A DNA stretch of 64,000 nt from Entomortierella parvispora E1425 (lineage: Eukaryota; Fungi; Mortierellomycota): the NCBI GenBank assembly GCA_020891255.1, contig BQFW01000011.1:682001-746000 (forward strand). The letters are read 5' to 3'. The notes beneath the pieces are model-generated. The model was not told the DNA's origin, searched no databases, and saw nothing but the letters and a program-made list of their open reading frames with translations. This document shows positions 1 to 13,100 of this stretch, one piece after another. The number at the start of each line of letters is the position of its first letter. Positions within the stretch are counted from its first letter, which is position 1. Position numbers and translations under genes: made by a program.

Positions 1-340
1 ATAAGGAAAATGGAAACCCGGAAACGATGAAGAAACAGCATGTGCGGAGTTGTGGCAAGGACTTTTTATACAGAAACAGCCCAGGTCCTGTGATGATCGG
101 AGGATAATTGAACCTAAACTCTGTTGTAAAGAAGGTTTGTCAATGAGTGGAGAAGTGGGGGAGAGAAAGGAAAATTGGGAACAGGTGGATGGACAAGAAT
201 ACCGCCACAGTCAAGAGGTGTTCATCCGGAAAGACTGTACCATAATAGGTTATGAACTTTACCTGGCTCAGGACAAGCAGCAGGACAAGAGGAGTCACAT
301 ACAACGGCTGCACCAATGATCGATCTCTCTGGTCACCTCA

Positions 341-578
341 ATGCCCCTGGCCGTTCTGCCCTCGGATGTTGCCCTGCCCATGTACCTGTACACCCCTCTC
401 CCGATCTTCACTCATAGGTCCCACCCTCAGTTACCTTTCTACCTCTTTTCCCCCTGACTCATTCATAACCGATGCGGGACTCGCCGCTAGTATAAAACCC
501 AAAGGCGCGACTTCATAGTTCCCCAGTCTGCTACTCACAATATACATTAACGCCTGCCTTTTATTCCTTTCCACATCC
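341..578. repeat. Dispersed repeat, LTR-like, copy 1 (copy 2 at 32697-32966)
   Basis: Collinear shared blocks such as GATGTTGCCCTGCCCATGTAC, ATTCATAACCRATGCGGGACTCGCC, CGCGACTTCATAGTTCCCCAGTCTGC and AATATACATTAA; includes a TATA-like TATAAAA. LTR identity is not proven. Confidence 0.6.
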
Positions 579-1109
579 CTCACTGTCACGAACGGTTAGA
601 CATGAGAAACTGTACTGTAAAATGCTTGTAATTTTCCCGAAGGAATAAAGAATTAGGGCTTTCACGCCCTGTAAGATATTTGAGTACTTTCTAGAACTTC
701 AAATTCGACAGGGGAAAGGCAGATGGTGGTGTTTGGACTGGTAACAGGAAGAGGGGCCCCTGGTTCATGTTCAGGGCAAGTTTCAAGTCTCGAAGACCTG
801 CATGGACCGAGCAATGAAGACGCATGTGTTGTCAAAGGAAGAAAAAAAGTTGATCCTGGTACTTTGTATGACTGATGACTCGGTGAAGACTGATCCAAAG
901 TCCTTCCCTCAAGGTGCATCCGGTGGGCATCGTTGTGGTTTACGTAGGGTGCAAGTTTCAAGTCTCTTGGACTTGCATGGACCGAGCAATGGAGGCGCAT
1001 GTGCAGACATTCACTCGTTCTCACAAAGTGCGTACTAGATCCATGTAAAGTTGGTGGTGTACTAAGCCTATGTGAAAAAGAGACCCCTGTAAATAAGTCT
1101 GTCCATACG

Positions 1110-1147
<38 letters not shown>
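1110..1147 (+). repeat. Poly(A) tract (38 A)
   Basis: Read directly; AAATAA lies about 15 nt upstream (1091-1096). Confidence 0.9.
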
Positions 1148-1148
<1 letters not shown>

Positions 1149-1899
1149 CATGTAATAAATCCATGTAGAATCAGGCTATTTTATTTTCTTGCGTGGGTGA
1201 TATCTCTATGGAAGCCGGCTCAATCGTCTTTCCTCTAGCTTTAATGGATGGGCACCATCGAGGAGGATTTTTGTCACAAGTTATAGCGTTCTAGGTCTTC
1301 AATGGAAGGAGCAATGGAGATGCATGTGTTTTGACCACCCATGGGTCTCCAGGAGGAGTCTTTTGCTACAGGTTGGTTCTAGGGCCTGTAATAAAATGAG
1401 CACCCACATAAGTTGACTCGCTCGTCTTCTGATCTATCCACTAAAGGATATTCCGGATAACAGAAGTCTGACTCCTCGTGTTCTCTGGACTGAGTTTCAT
1501 AACCCAATTGCAGAGGCAAAGAAGAATGATCCAGCCTATCCTTATACTCAAGCGCGCAAGAAGGCTCTGCAGAGGCGAAATCAGCTGGTAGATATCACTG
1601 AGGCCATGGCAAAGAAGGATGAAGTTCCCTCGAGTCAGTTATTGCAACACTTGAGGTCGCGTACAAAGAAAAAACGATCAACTTTGTTCGACAGGACTTG
1701 TCATCTTTTCTCCGAATCTTTAGGTTTTGATGGGACCACGAACCAATAGTCAAGAACCATACGGCGACGCGATGCGCGTGAAGGTGAGATGAGGACCGGG
1801 GTATGAAATACCACAGCAAAAGATGCACAATATTTCTTTTTTAATGTAGATTCGTTCTTCCGTCCAAGACGTCCAGACCCAAGAAGGAAGATTCAAGCG

Positions 1900-2112
1900 G
1901 GGTATGCTCTGGACGAGGGGCAGCCATGGGGGAGGGGCGCTCTTGGAGAAAAGAGGGCTTGAGAAGGACGAGCATGCTCCAGAGAGTGGGCTTGCTGTTG
2001 GGCCACTTCAAAGGTACAGCTGGTCCTGAAAGGCAGGAGGTGCCCGAGGAGCCAGGGCCCTGCTTGCAGAGAGGTGGAGCTTGTGTGTTTGGGAGAGTGT
2101 ACTCAAGCCCAG
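1900..2112. repeat. ~210-bp direct repeat, copy 1 (copy 2 at 5023-5234)
   Basis: Near-identical sequence GCTCTGGA..GGGGCAGCCATGG...CTCAAGCCCAG; visible as near-identical translations in ORFs 1926..2357 and 5027..5260. Confidence 0.9.
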
Positions 2113-5022
2113 GCACATGTAGGAGGATGGACTGGCAGGGACCGAGGAAGACGAGTCTCTTCATCCTCTATGACTTTCACCCCACACGCCTCGATCTAGA
2201 GGCAAAGGAAGGATATCGCTACCTGATTGAATCAAGGGACTGGCTAACAGTCTTGAAAAGCTCCTGGCCTTGCTTCCAAAACCTCATAGCACCCATCGGA
2301 TTGTTGTTTTCAGAAGCCGTGTACTTGTCTCTGTCCACCATCGCACTGTACATGTGAGATTGAAGTGCAATCTCCTGGTTGACGTTCGACGATGGCTTCA
2401 CCTCTTCGATGCTTCAAAGGACGAATAAATGCCGATTCTCCGGCACCCAGCTGCTTCGAATGGCCGGTCATATAGGCAGGGCGAAGAACTCTGATGCTAC
2501 CCCACCCCTTGGATGAACTGAACGGTTGCCCCAGATTCTTGTATTCACGGCAAGCTGCATACTCAACTCGTTGAAGGTGTGTCTTCAACCTGTGGCTAGG
2601 ATAAACAGTTGACCATCTGTTTGCCTGATCGACAGCCGATTCAAGTTTCAGCTTTTCAGCCCGAACACTGCATAGGGTATGACAGTTTCTGGGCTCCTGA
2701 GCAAAGAGTGTGCCTCTTTCCTCCCTTGCGTGCTTGAAATGTCTTTGGACAGCCCCCAAGGCAGACAAGAGGCTGGATCCGTTACTTCTTGGGATTGTCG
2801 TGCGCTTCATCGACAAGTGTCGCGAGAACCTGGGTGGATGCTGCTATATGCTTGCATGATTAGCAAAGTTTGGTTACCCAACATGTTTTCACTCTCTATT
2901 CTTTTGGTAGGAAATGGGAAAAATCCAAGACGATCCAAAGATGGTCTTTTGTACTAAAGCCTTGTATAAACCCAAGCAGTCTGTGCAAGAGCTAGTAAAA
3001 TTGGTGGCGTGCAAAGTACTGAAAAAAAAGATAAGGTGTGTGCGGGGCAGGGGGTCCCCGTCAACGTGAGTAAGTATGGGCACGAGTAATGACGAGACAC
3101 AACGCGGCAGCAACAGCGCCAGTGGTAGAAAGGAGTCCAGGGCGGCGCGATCGGCTGTCAAGGAAGGACCAAACCTCCATCTTAATGGCATTTTTTGCCT
3201 CCAAAATGAATGCTCAAAATTGAAGGATAGGTAAAACTTGTTTATAAGGGATCCAAGGCCACACGTTGGAGGCCCATGGTGAACTCTAAGGAAAACGTTG
3301 AAGTGGACCATCTGTGCCTTGAGTCAACAATCGAGGAAACGTTGCGAGTGCTGAATCTTACAACTGACGAGGCGTCAAGGAAGTAACTCGTGTCTCCCCC
3401 TGTTGACCTGGTCGCTCTTAGTCTCCCTGACACTTTGTAGTACTGGTCAATGGATCGCCCTAAGCGGTGCTTGCGATGGATATCATGAAATGTTGCCGTT
3501 GAGGCATTGTTTCGCTCTCTATCAATGGTCACCACCATCTCGTTTCGCTGCAGGTCGCCATGCGCAGCTTGGGCAAGGATTGCACTACGATGTTTACGGT
3601 TGTGCAAAACATGCACAAAAGGGTTGGAGGTAACCCTGATAAGAATATTGTCGAGCCGTCTCGTGCAAGAGCGTATAGGGGGCATGGTCAAGTGAATTGA
3701 GCAGAATGGAGGGAGCTGTGGACTAAAGGACTTCAGGGAGTGTTCGTGATAAAGAGAAGGGAGGGGTAAAAGGTGGGTGGTTCAGAGGGGAGAGACTCGG
3801 GGAATTCATGTCATCCCTCAACAACGACCACAAGGAAAAAGTTTGGTTTATTTTTTTTTGGGCTTGCACGACAAGTTCTCCACTGGCAACTGATAAAGGC
3901 GAATGTGACAAAGCTGACAGCACCACTACAGTTGTTCTTGCAAAGGAGAAGGGAGTCCATTGTCAAGCTTCCATGGGCGCGACCGAGGCTTCCGACATGA
4001 ACAATCGAAACAACCGATAACGATGTGATTACCGCGGCCCATGTAGTCCGCCTTCCTAGGAACGATATGCTATCTGTTCTGAGATCCCTGCTGGGTGTGG
4101 AAGTATGGGAAAAGACTTGTCTCCGATTTGAATCTTGCCGTCTCATCTTCCCTGAGTGCATTTCAGTTATGCTCTTGATCTGCTTAATGGAAGCGAAAGA
4201 AAACTACGGGACTACCGGTTCATTGGCCTTTGCTTGAAAGTCGTTGCACCTATTCGTGATAAAAGGACTGCCGCTTGCGGTGTGGTCAATATGGTGCTGT
4301 CAAAACATGGTTGGTCCCGCACTCCTCTCTCGTGAACTCCCAACCCAACCCTTCACCGAGCCGACTGCTATTAACCCACCCGGAGGCAACACATAGTATC
4401 CCGGACCAATGCTTGCCGCAGGCACGACTCTCAGGGTACCACTCTCCCCCAATCCTTCTTTGAACCGTCAGTATTGCGTTACCCGAGAGTCGTGGAGGGC
4501 AAGGACACTCACAAGGCCAACTCAACTGCTGGGATTTTACTCATTACCAGGTCCGCAGCCACTTGCAGGTTACTCTCTCGCAGCAAGAGAGAAGTGCACT
4601 TGTTTCAGAACATCTCATTACCAGGCCGAAGGCCGCTTCCTGAACATATAGTTCTCTCCACCGCAACAAAGCCGAAAGTGATTCTCAGGACCCACACCGC
4701 CACCCCCGCCACCCCCGCCACCCACGGTCATACTTTCGTACCTTGTTACATGTCTTTGGTCAAGGGCTTGAGAGGACTGACGTTGAAGAGAGAGGAAACC
4801 TCTTAATGTAACGCGTTGACAACTCTCCCTTGCATCACGGCAAGAAAGCGGGTACGGTCCCTTGGCGGGATCTTGACTGGATGCAAGGCGCGCACTTGCT
4901 CGAATGGACGGATGGACAGACGCGTCGATGGCCAATTTTAAGGGGCACTGCCGATGTGGGACTGCTTTTCGTTGTTGACCCAAACGCGAAACGGGCAGTT
5001 GCACGGCCAGGAAGCACAGCTG

Positions 5023-5234
5023 GGGCGTGCTCTGGAGGAGGGGCAGCCATGGAGGAGGGGCGCTCTTGGCGACAAGAGGCTTGAGAAGGACGAGCATACT
5101 CCAGAGAGTGAGCCTGCTGTTGGGCCACTTCAAAGGCACAGCTGGTCTTGAAAGGCAGGAGGTGCCCGAGGAGCCAGGGCCCTGCTTGCAGAGAGGTGGA
5201 ACTTGTGTGTTTGGGAGAGTGCACTCAAGCCCAG
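5023..5234. repeat. ~210-bp direct repeat, copy 2
   Basis: Matches 1900-2112 in the same orientation. Confidence 0.9.
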
Positions 5235-5916
5235 CTACTCTGAGCAAGAAACGTTCTTGAAGTGGGGCTGGCACCGAAGGGAAAGAGCTTCTTCCCAAAG
5301 GGCACAGTTATCTGCCAGGGAGGCAGAGTCATGAAGACCTTGAAGGGCAGAGAGGCGGTCTGAAGGGACTGCGCCTCACAAAGTCTTGCACGGGCGCCAA
5401 GGAGACAAACAGCGACAGAGACTCGGCAAGCAACGTGGTCCGCTATCCACCTGCAAAGTAAACGTCGAGTGGCAAGAAAACGGAAAAGGAGCATGCTGCA
5501 AGGGGGCGTCAGAGGCTGAAAAGGATGTAGGTTGTGTTTGTTTGGCTGGATTTCAAAAAAGTACCTTGAAAACACGAGCTGTGCTCTCGCGTCTGAAGGG
5601 ACGCGGATGTGGTGCAACCTTGGGTCATGGTGGTTGGTGGAAGGATCATGGTCCTTGTGGAGTATGAAGGTGGAGGTGGACTGTGGGTGGAGGTGGACTG
5701 GGATTGAGGGGGTGGTGGTGGTGAGAGGGAGGAGAAAAAGAGAGAGGGCGAAAAAGGCGAAAAAGGCGAAGCAGATAAACCGAAAAAGCAGACAAAAAAA
5801 AAAAAAAAAGCAGCCACAAAAAAAAAGGCAGCGGAACCTCCTCTTGTCCTCATCCTCCCACCGCTGACACCAACCTTCCCTGAGGCTGCTCCGCGTCGAT
5901 CTTGATGGGCTGAGAG

Positions 5917-7259
5917 ATGAACGTCGGTGTCGCATCTACCTGGATCTGTCAGCCCTTCAAAATGCCGACCCTCCTGCCTTTCATGGCCGCCGGATGGGTC
6001 CTTGAATCGCCCCTCTTTGATGAGTTTCGCCAAGTGCGCCTGGTGCAGGTCCATCGACAAGCCGGTCAATATTCAGGAATCTGGGGTCATCAAGAGGAGA
6101 GGGCTCTACGCCTGACCTTTGAGCTCTCGGAACTCGGATCCTCGCCAAGGGCCATGTTGTATGCAGGGCTCGAGTTCATCTTTGCGGACTGGGAGGAGGA
6201 CCTTCATGACACGGGCGACGAGGCGGTTGGGGACGATCAAGGCGATGGGGGCGACTGGATAACGTTGTTCAATAATAACCGCGACAGCATTCAAGACAAA
6301 AGTGTTTATTGGCATCTACCAGAAGAGAGATGATAACCGGCGGGAGATACTCAACGCACTCCTGGTCATCCAGGAGCAGGTCTACCTGCACGAGCTTCAG
6401 CCTCGCGTCTGTTGGAAGTCCACGTCTGATCAGGGCCATGATGGCACAAAGGACCACATTGAACAAAGGACCACAGCCTGGAATAAAAACGTAAGGAAAT
6501 ATTACGAAATCTCTGGCCTCATCTTTACCTGCACTTGCCCTCATCCTAACAGTAACCAACTGCACCTGCACTCCACCTAGCGACACAGCACCTTTGGTAT
6601 TCAATGCAAGGAAGCATCCGCATCCCTATCGACAATACCAAACCCCAGGCCACTCCATCCCAACCCATGCATTGGCTATTGTCCATCGTCCAGCGAGAGG
6701 CAATCGCTCAGACACCCATGGTTCTTAACACGGCCACGGGAAGCGCGGGCTTCGCCGTACAGGAGGTCGAAAGGCTGCACCAAGGAAGGATGCTCCTCGA
6801 CGAGTTGGAAGCATGTCGAGATGACCATCGACGAAGGATCTTCCAGGATCTATTGGGTCTCCACACGCTGACCCCCCAACCTTTGGAGGGTCAACTTCTG
6901 GGGTCTCGGGGGGCATCAAGAGGAGGGGCTAGACCCTCTCCGAGCTCCAACCCTCGCCAATGGCGACGTTCATAAGGCTGTATGACCTCTCCAAGGACCA
7001 GCCCCAAGGCAAAGACCATTTGGTCCTATCTCGACCCCCCACCAGCCGGTGAACGACATGATCAGCAGCAAGATCAACGTTGGTGATGTCATTGACTTCA
7101 GTGGACGGTTGTAAGGCATTGTCACCCAACATGAGGGACGCTGGCTACGGTGGTCCGATACGATGGACAGCGGCTTGTGATCAGACTGGAGGATGGGACC
7201 TTTGTTCAGGTGATCCACAATAAACAACTGCACAGCTATGATGATTCTCAAGCTGTTTG
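5917..7259 (+). pseudogene. Degenerate coding remnant of unknown family, ending ATVVRYDGQRLVIRLEDGTFVQVIHNKQLHSYDDSQAV*
   Basis: Protein-like fragments broken by stops and frameshifts; the C-terminal part is homologous to 33100-33243. Confidence 0.35.
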
Positions 7260-7330
7260 ATATCTCCCTTATGTGGTACTCCAATGGTGGCGTTGTTTTT
7301 TTTTTAATTGTTTTTTTCGTTTATCTTTAT

Positions 7331-8588
7331 CTACATGTCCTCATCAGAGAAGAGATCCTCTTCAGGGAAATCGCCAGCCTGAATCTTGTCAGGTCGGACA
7401 AAGGAGCCGTATTTTGGTGCACAGGAGAAGTAGCGGACGCCCTGCATGCTTCCGTCGTTCTTGCCAAGAGGTTCGTCATACTGGACTCCGACCCAGATAC
7501 CGGCCTGGAACTCGGTCAAGCCTAAATTAGCGCGTTCATGTTAGTTGTCATTGTTGTTTACAGAACTCTGTCCCCAGGGATAGCAAAGATCTACAACGAA
7601 ATAAAAAAAAGGGTCATCCTTTACCAATGAATCGAACAGTGCCCCGACGCTTCAAGCTACCGCCTCCGACATCAACCTCACAACGGTCACCGAGCTTGAT
7701 GGACTTTGCGGCCTCTTCAAATGCGCGGTTCTGAAGCGACGTGGCGGAGGCATCTGAGGCGGCATCGTTAAATCGACCAAGGTTGTTTCGTTTCTTGAAA
7801 GCCAGAACGGAATCTGTTCTCTTTTCGTATTCTTCGTCAGGCAATTCAAACTTTTGGACCAACGAGACGTCGTTGAACTGACCCTTGACTCGGGATGGAT
7901 TTGTGTCAATGACATGGACAGTCCAGTATTCCTCAATAGGGAAGGCTCCGAGCATGGTCTCCTGAGGATGACCCTCCAGTGAGCACACAAACGCACCATC
8001 ATGGTGAAGTTCCAACTGCTGAAAACCAGCGCTGATACCCGTGATGGGCTCGAGCTTGATCTAAACAAGAACAAGGACATTTTTTTGCCGGAACTGATTA
8101 GAACAGGAAGGAGATCCTTTGATAAAGCAAAAAAAGGGAAGGGAAAAAGGGAAGCCAGGGGTGAAAGGCAGAAAGAGAGGGTTGCCCAGGGTTTTTAAGA
8201 AGGCTCAACCCCCTTTACCATGCTCCATCCGTTCGCATGTTAAAGGAAGAGAGGCGAGAGAGAGGGAGGGGGAGGTCCAAGAAACATGCTACAGTCCCTT
8301 CCCCCCTTGGTTCTTTTAGATTGTCTTCCCGCGCTTCCTCCTGAATAAAGACAAACGACGGTAGAAAGAAGGGATCCCGCATTGATGGCCGTTGAGGATA
8401 GCACAGACACACACACAGACGAAGGGGGGGGGGGGGGGGGGGAACAACAAATCAACCACGAACGACACAGACAGACAGTGAATGCTGCGTTCCAACGGTA
8501 CCTTGAGGTTGTCAATGGTGGAGGCCTTTGACAGTCTGAGCTCGGTCGAGTTGTTCTCACTCGTGACATATACGTTGAGGATGGACAT
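7331..8588 (-). CDS. TBCB: Tubulin-folding cofactor B (Ubl + CAP-Gly); exons 8588-8502, 8060-7625, 7521-7331; 237 aa
   Basis: N-terminal ubiquitin-like segment [29 protein letters not shown]|IKLEPITGI; CAP-Gly motif [16 protein letters not shown]; GT-AG introns join in frame. Confidence 0.93.
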
Positions 8589-8599
8589 GATGGAATGAA

Positions 8600-9205
8600 A
8601 TGAATGTGTGGGGAGGGAATGTGGGGTGTTGAGGGTGAGAGAAAGACGGGGGGGAAGCAGACAGGGGAAGGGAGGGAAGAAGGGAGGGAAGAGAGGAGAA
8701 CAGGTGATGGATGAACCAGAGATGAATAAGAGATGAATGAATGAATGAATGAATGAAATGCAAGATGAATGGACCTTTTTGTGTTTGTTTCCACCTCCGT
8801 TTCCAGGGTCGTGTTTCCTCTCAAGAGAGTCACTCGAGAGGGATCCGAACAGACATCGATCTCCGCTCGAATCTGCAGCGGATGGATGGACGGAGAGGAT
8901 CGACGCGCTTCTTTTCAAGAGGAGAGCATCGAGAGAGCATCCAAGAGCGCGACGGACGGACGCGTGTCTGAACAGGGAGGGAGGGATGGATGGTTGCATG
9001 GCGTGCATGGCCCTTGTCTCTTCTTGTTCTTGTTCTCTCCTGCTGCACGGACATGGACCTGCCGAGATCGCACCCTGCTGATCCCTCCATGACCTTGATG
9101 GAGGTGGAGATCGAGTCAGAGAAAAGCACGATGCTGGCATGCCACCCTGCCTCCCCCTTTTTTCCCATGGTCTTGCTTGCTGCTGTTTGCTGTTTGCTGT
9201 TTGCA

Positions 9206-9241
<36 letters not shown>

Positions 9242-9724
9242 CGATGCTTGTCCTTTTCTATCCACTGTCTCTCTCCCTCCCTTCCTGCGTCCCCTTTCCG
9301 TTTTCCCTTTCCTTCCCTTCCCTTCGCTTTGTCCCAGCAGGCAGCGCGTGTTAATATCACAAAAAAAAGATCCGTCTGACCATTCGTCTGACCGCGTGCG
9401 GGACTCTCACTCTTCTTCTCTTCTTTGTCCTTTCCCTTCCTTTCCTTTCCTTTCCTTTCCTTTCCCTTCGCTCCCTTCCTTCCTGCTCTTTCAGCCTTCC
9501 TGTTTGCATCATTTCATTCATTCATTCATTCATTCATTCACTCTTTTTTATTTTCATTTCCTTTTCTTTCATGCCTTCATTCATGCCTTCATTCATGCTG
9601 TGATCTCTTCTTGTCTCCTCACTCAAGTCACATTCATTCATTCATTCACTCCTCCATTTATTTCATTCATTGTTTTCCTCGCCCTCCCTCTCCTCGCATC
9701 GCTCAACCGTTGCTCCTCTCTCTC

Positions 9725-9759
<35 letters not shown>

Positions 9760-10100
9760 TTCTCTCGCTCTTCTCGCTTTCCTTCTCCTTACTCCTCGCT
9801 CTGTCCCCTTTACCTTCCTTTCGCTCAGTCTCTTTTGTCGTCATAAACAACAAAAAGAAAGGAGCTCCATTCTCTAAACCTTGACAACTTGCCCTTTCAT
9901 TCTTCAGTCAGCCCTCAAAAGTAAGGTCCCGCCTGTCTGTCGAGCAACCTGCTCTGTCTTGAGAATTCGCTTCCTGCTCCGTCACGCTTCCATCTAGTAT
10001 CCCTTGCATTAACCTTTTTTTACCTTTCACTCTTCTTCTCTGTTCTTCTCCCCATCCCTCCCGGTCCTCCTTGTCTTTCCCGCTGTCGGCACTGTTCAGT
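8600..10100. promoter_or_regulatory. Divergent intergenic region of TBCB and striatin, with pyrimidine tracts and (TTG)n, (TTCA)n, (CT)n microsatellites
   Basis: Start codons at 8588 (-) and 10158 (+); simple repeats read directly. Confidence 0.5.
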
Positions 10101-10157
10101 TGTTCAGTTGAAGAACACTATTCTTTCGTTCCACTCGATCGATAATACACTTGTGCG

Positions 10158-13100
10158 ATGGACCAGTTCCAATCCTTTGCGCCGTTGCAACCGCAAGCGG
10201 CCATGGCCGAATACGCCTTTCCGACCGTGCTGCAATTCCTGCAATCAGAGTGGCGTCGATTTGAGCGTGACAGGAACGAGTGGGACATTGAAAAGTCAGA
10301 GATGAAGGCAAGAGAACGATCACGCGGCTAATCTGTCTTGTTACCATCAACATTAAGAAAAAAAATAGAGTCCAACTACGGATAAGCATCTCATCTCTTC
10401 TTCTCTGCCTATCTCTCTCAATCTCTCGTTCCAATCCCTCATAACTGCTTTTATTTTTCATTCCTCTATCCCGCTATATTGCACGGGTCAACATGTCGTT
10501 GTCATCTGTTCTCGTCCTCCTCAGGCTCGGATTGCATTCCTCGAGGGCGAGAAGCGAGGTGTAGACAACTCAAAGTTGGATCTAATGAAGCGTGTCAAGA
10601 TGCTCGAGTACGCGTTGCGACAAGAAAGGTAAAGCAAAAGATGCGCAAGCTCCACTTTCAACCGTCCTTTTCTCAAAAGTCCCCCGTTGAGACCTATTCG
10701 ATGAAGCGCTTGAACGGCATCCAACAGTCAGTCATATGTCACATTGCCCAAATCTTGGAACTGGAAATAAGGACATGCCGATATTGAAATACTCGATCGG
10801 CTGTGGTTGTTTATTGTTGTGCAGTTGAAAAGGGTCAACGGATGTGGTTGTGGATCCGATTGTGATTTGATGCTTAACATTGTTCTCATGACGGCACAAC
10901 ATATGATAGGAGCAAATATGTCGAACAACAACAACGCAAGGATGGCCTGGCGCACCCTCACTCCCAAGCTCAATTTCCACCTGGTGTAACGCGTAAGTCT
11001 TGATATCACCCAGTTGTAATGAACTGCACGGCCTTGCAACATTTTTGTTTTTTTATTTTTTTGGAGAACCATGCACTCAGGTGGGGGCACAAGGACGTCT
11101 CGATAAACCACGCGCTCACCGCGCCAATGCGCCACGAGGCCTTTTGGACTGAATCGGGGCTGGGTCATGTTTGGAAACAATGGAAATGGCTTTGTCATGG
11201 TTTTACCTACCAACTCCTTCTCCCTTCACCTCTTCCCTGTTTGCCTAAACTAATCCCTAATCCCCTTTGTATATTGCTTATGATTTCTTATATCTGTTTG
11301 TTTGAGCAGCCGATGCCAAAGCTCAAAACCGAATGTCCACCTATAGTGCATCTGGACAAAATATGACCCAGGTGAGCCCCACGTCCTCCACCCCTGGCTC
11401 GGACCATCTCGGGAGAGCCAAGAGCAGAGAGTTCCTGAGGGTGTAAGTCATGAATCAACTCGAGGAGTTCAATTTCGTTTCATGCACTTGGTCTTGTGAA
11501 GATGTCAATACTTCCCGAACTGACCTCCCAATGTCCGGACCTTTATCACAATCACAGCTGCCTTCAAGAGATTAGCTATTTGACAGCCTCTGTACCTCCA
11601 TCCATCGCGTCTGCCATGCCCACACCGAGCCGAGCTTCTCGCCATGATCTAGATCGGAAACCTACAGCGCCCGGAGGACGTCGAAAGAGTGATTACTTTT
11701 CGATGAATGGGCATGCTATACATTCGACTGGATCCCAGCCGCCACCTCCTTTGTTGTCTCGGTCCATCTCTGTCCCTGTGCCGACACTTCAGTCTTTGAC
11801 AGGGAACAAGTCGGACCTCAACAATAGCCTACCCATAATGGAAGACTCTCTCCCTGCAGGTGCCACCAATGCCCTTATGGAGGACAAGGTGGAGGATGCG
11901 ACTCTTCGGCAGTTCTCGGCACCCCCTGAAGTGGCGGCAACTCCCATGGCTTCCAAAGCCAACGGCCATCAGACACTTCACAAGCGAGATTACCCATCAA
12001 TCGAGTCTTCTGATGCAAAGCCAATGGAGTCAAGGACATATGGAGCCCAAGAGAATGTCAAGGGTAGAAAAGATCGTTCCCCAGAAAAGACAGATGTTTC
12101 TAGTACCAGGAACCCACCTGTGGACGACGGATGGGACCTGGATGATGAAGAACCGGTGACTGTCGTCCACTCTCCCATCTCAGCGGAACACTGGCGAGCC
12201 CAGCTCAAGAAAGCAGGTCAACAGTCTACAAAGACCAAGGCTGATGTTAGCCAGCAGGAAGACGAGGCCCAATGGGTAAACAAGGATACTATTGTTGAAC
12301 CGCGGTCTGCACTTGGTAATGTGTTGCAGGTACTGACACAATCTTGGGCGAATATTCATATAGAGTAAAGACGCCCAGGATGCGTTCAACATCCCACGCG
12401 GCCGACTGGACAAGATGATCTTGGACTGGGACAAGTCCAAACCGGATGCATCCAATGGATACAAATCTCTGAGAAAGAAAAAGGGAAAGGACTCTGGTAT
12501 ATATTAGGAGGAGTCTGCAACAATGAAGACATCTGTGTGCTGCCCACCACCACGGCTAACAGGCCATTCACTCTGTTCTCATATAGGAATGCTGGATGAA
12601 CTCGCCGACTTGACTATTTCAGAAGCTGACTGGGGAGAGACCTGTAATGAGTCCAAGGAGACTGCTCTGGACGAGCCAGCTCGTTGGAGACTAAAGGTCA
12701 CGCTCAGAAGGTAACATCCGATCGCTAGGCCACCTCATTCCAGAGTTGCAGAATGTAGGCTAACTATGATTTAACCTTGACCGGTGTAGACATTTGGACA
12801 CTGTTCGATCCGTCGCCTTCCACCCACTTCAGAGATCAATCCTTTCAGGTTCTGAAGATGGAACTATGCGGTACTGGAATCTAGAAGCCACCCTGAGTGA
12901 AAACAAACGGTAAGCTCATGGAGGACATTATTTTTTGCCTTTACTCAAGTTTTTGAGAGTAAAAAGGCATACCATGTTTTGAAACTGGAACTCTACCTGA
13001 CCAGTCGATGTTGTCTATGGAAATATAGTGCTTCAAGTGCAGACATTTCCCCTATTCATATCTACCGCGGACATACCAAAGCGATCACATCTGTTGCTAT

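Noticed and set aside
1091-1160. Poly(A)-tailed retrocopy
   Set aside because: No target-site duplication or recognisable parent sequence found.
770-1330. Degenerate ~55-bp repeats (CAAGTTTCAAGTCTC…GCATGTG at about 775 and 950, partial at about 1310)
   Set aside because: Real but short; no coding or structural meaning could be supported.
2150-2420. hAT dimerisation-like fragment on the minus strand (MRFWKQGQELF)
   Set aside because: Similarity too weak and the diagnostic SER-FS motif is absent.
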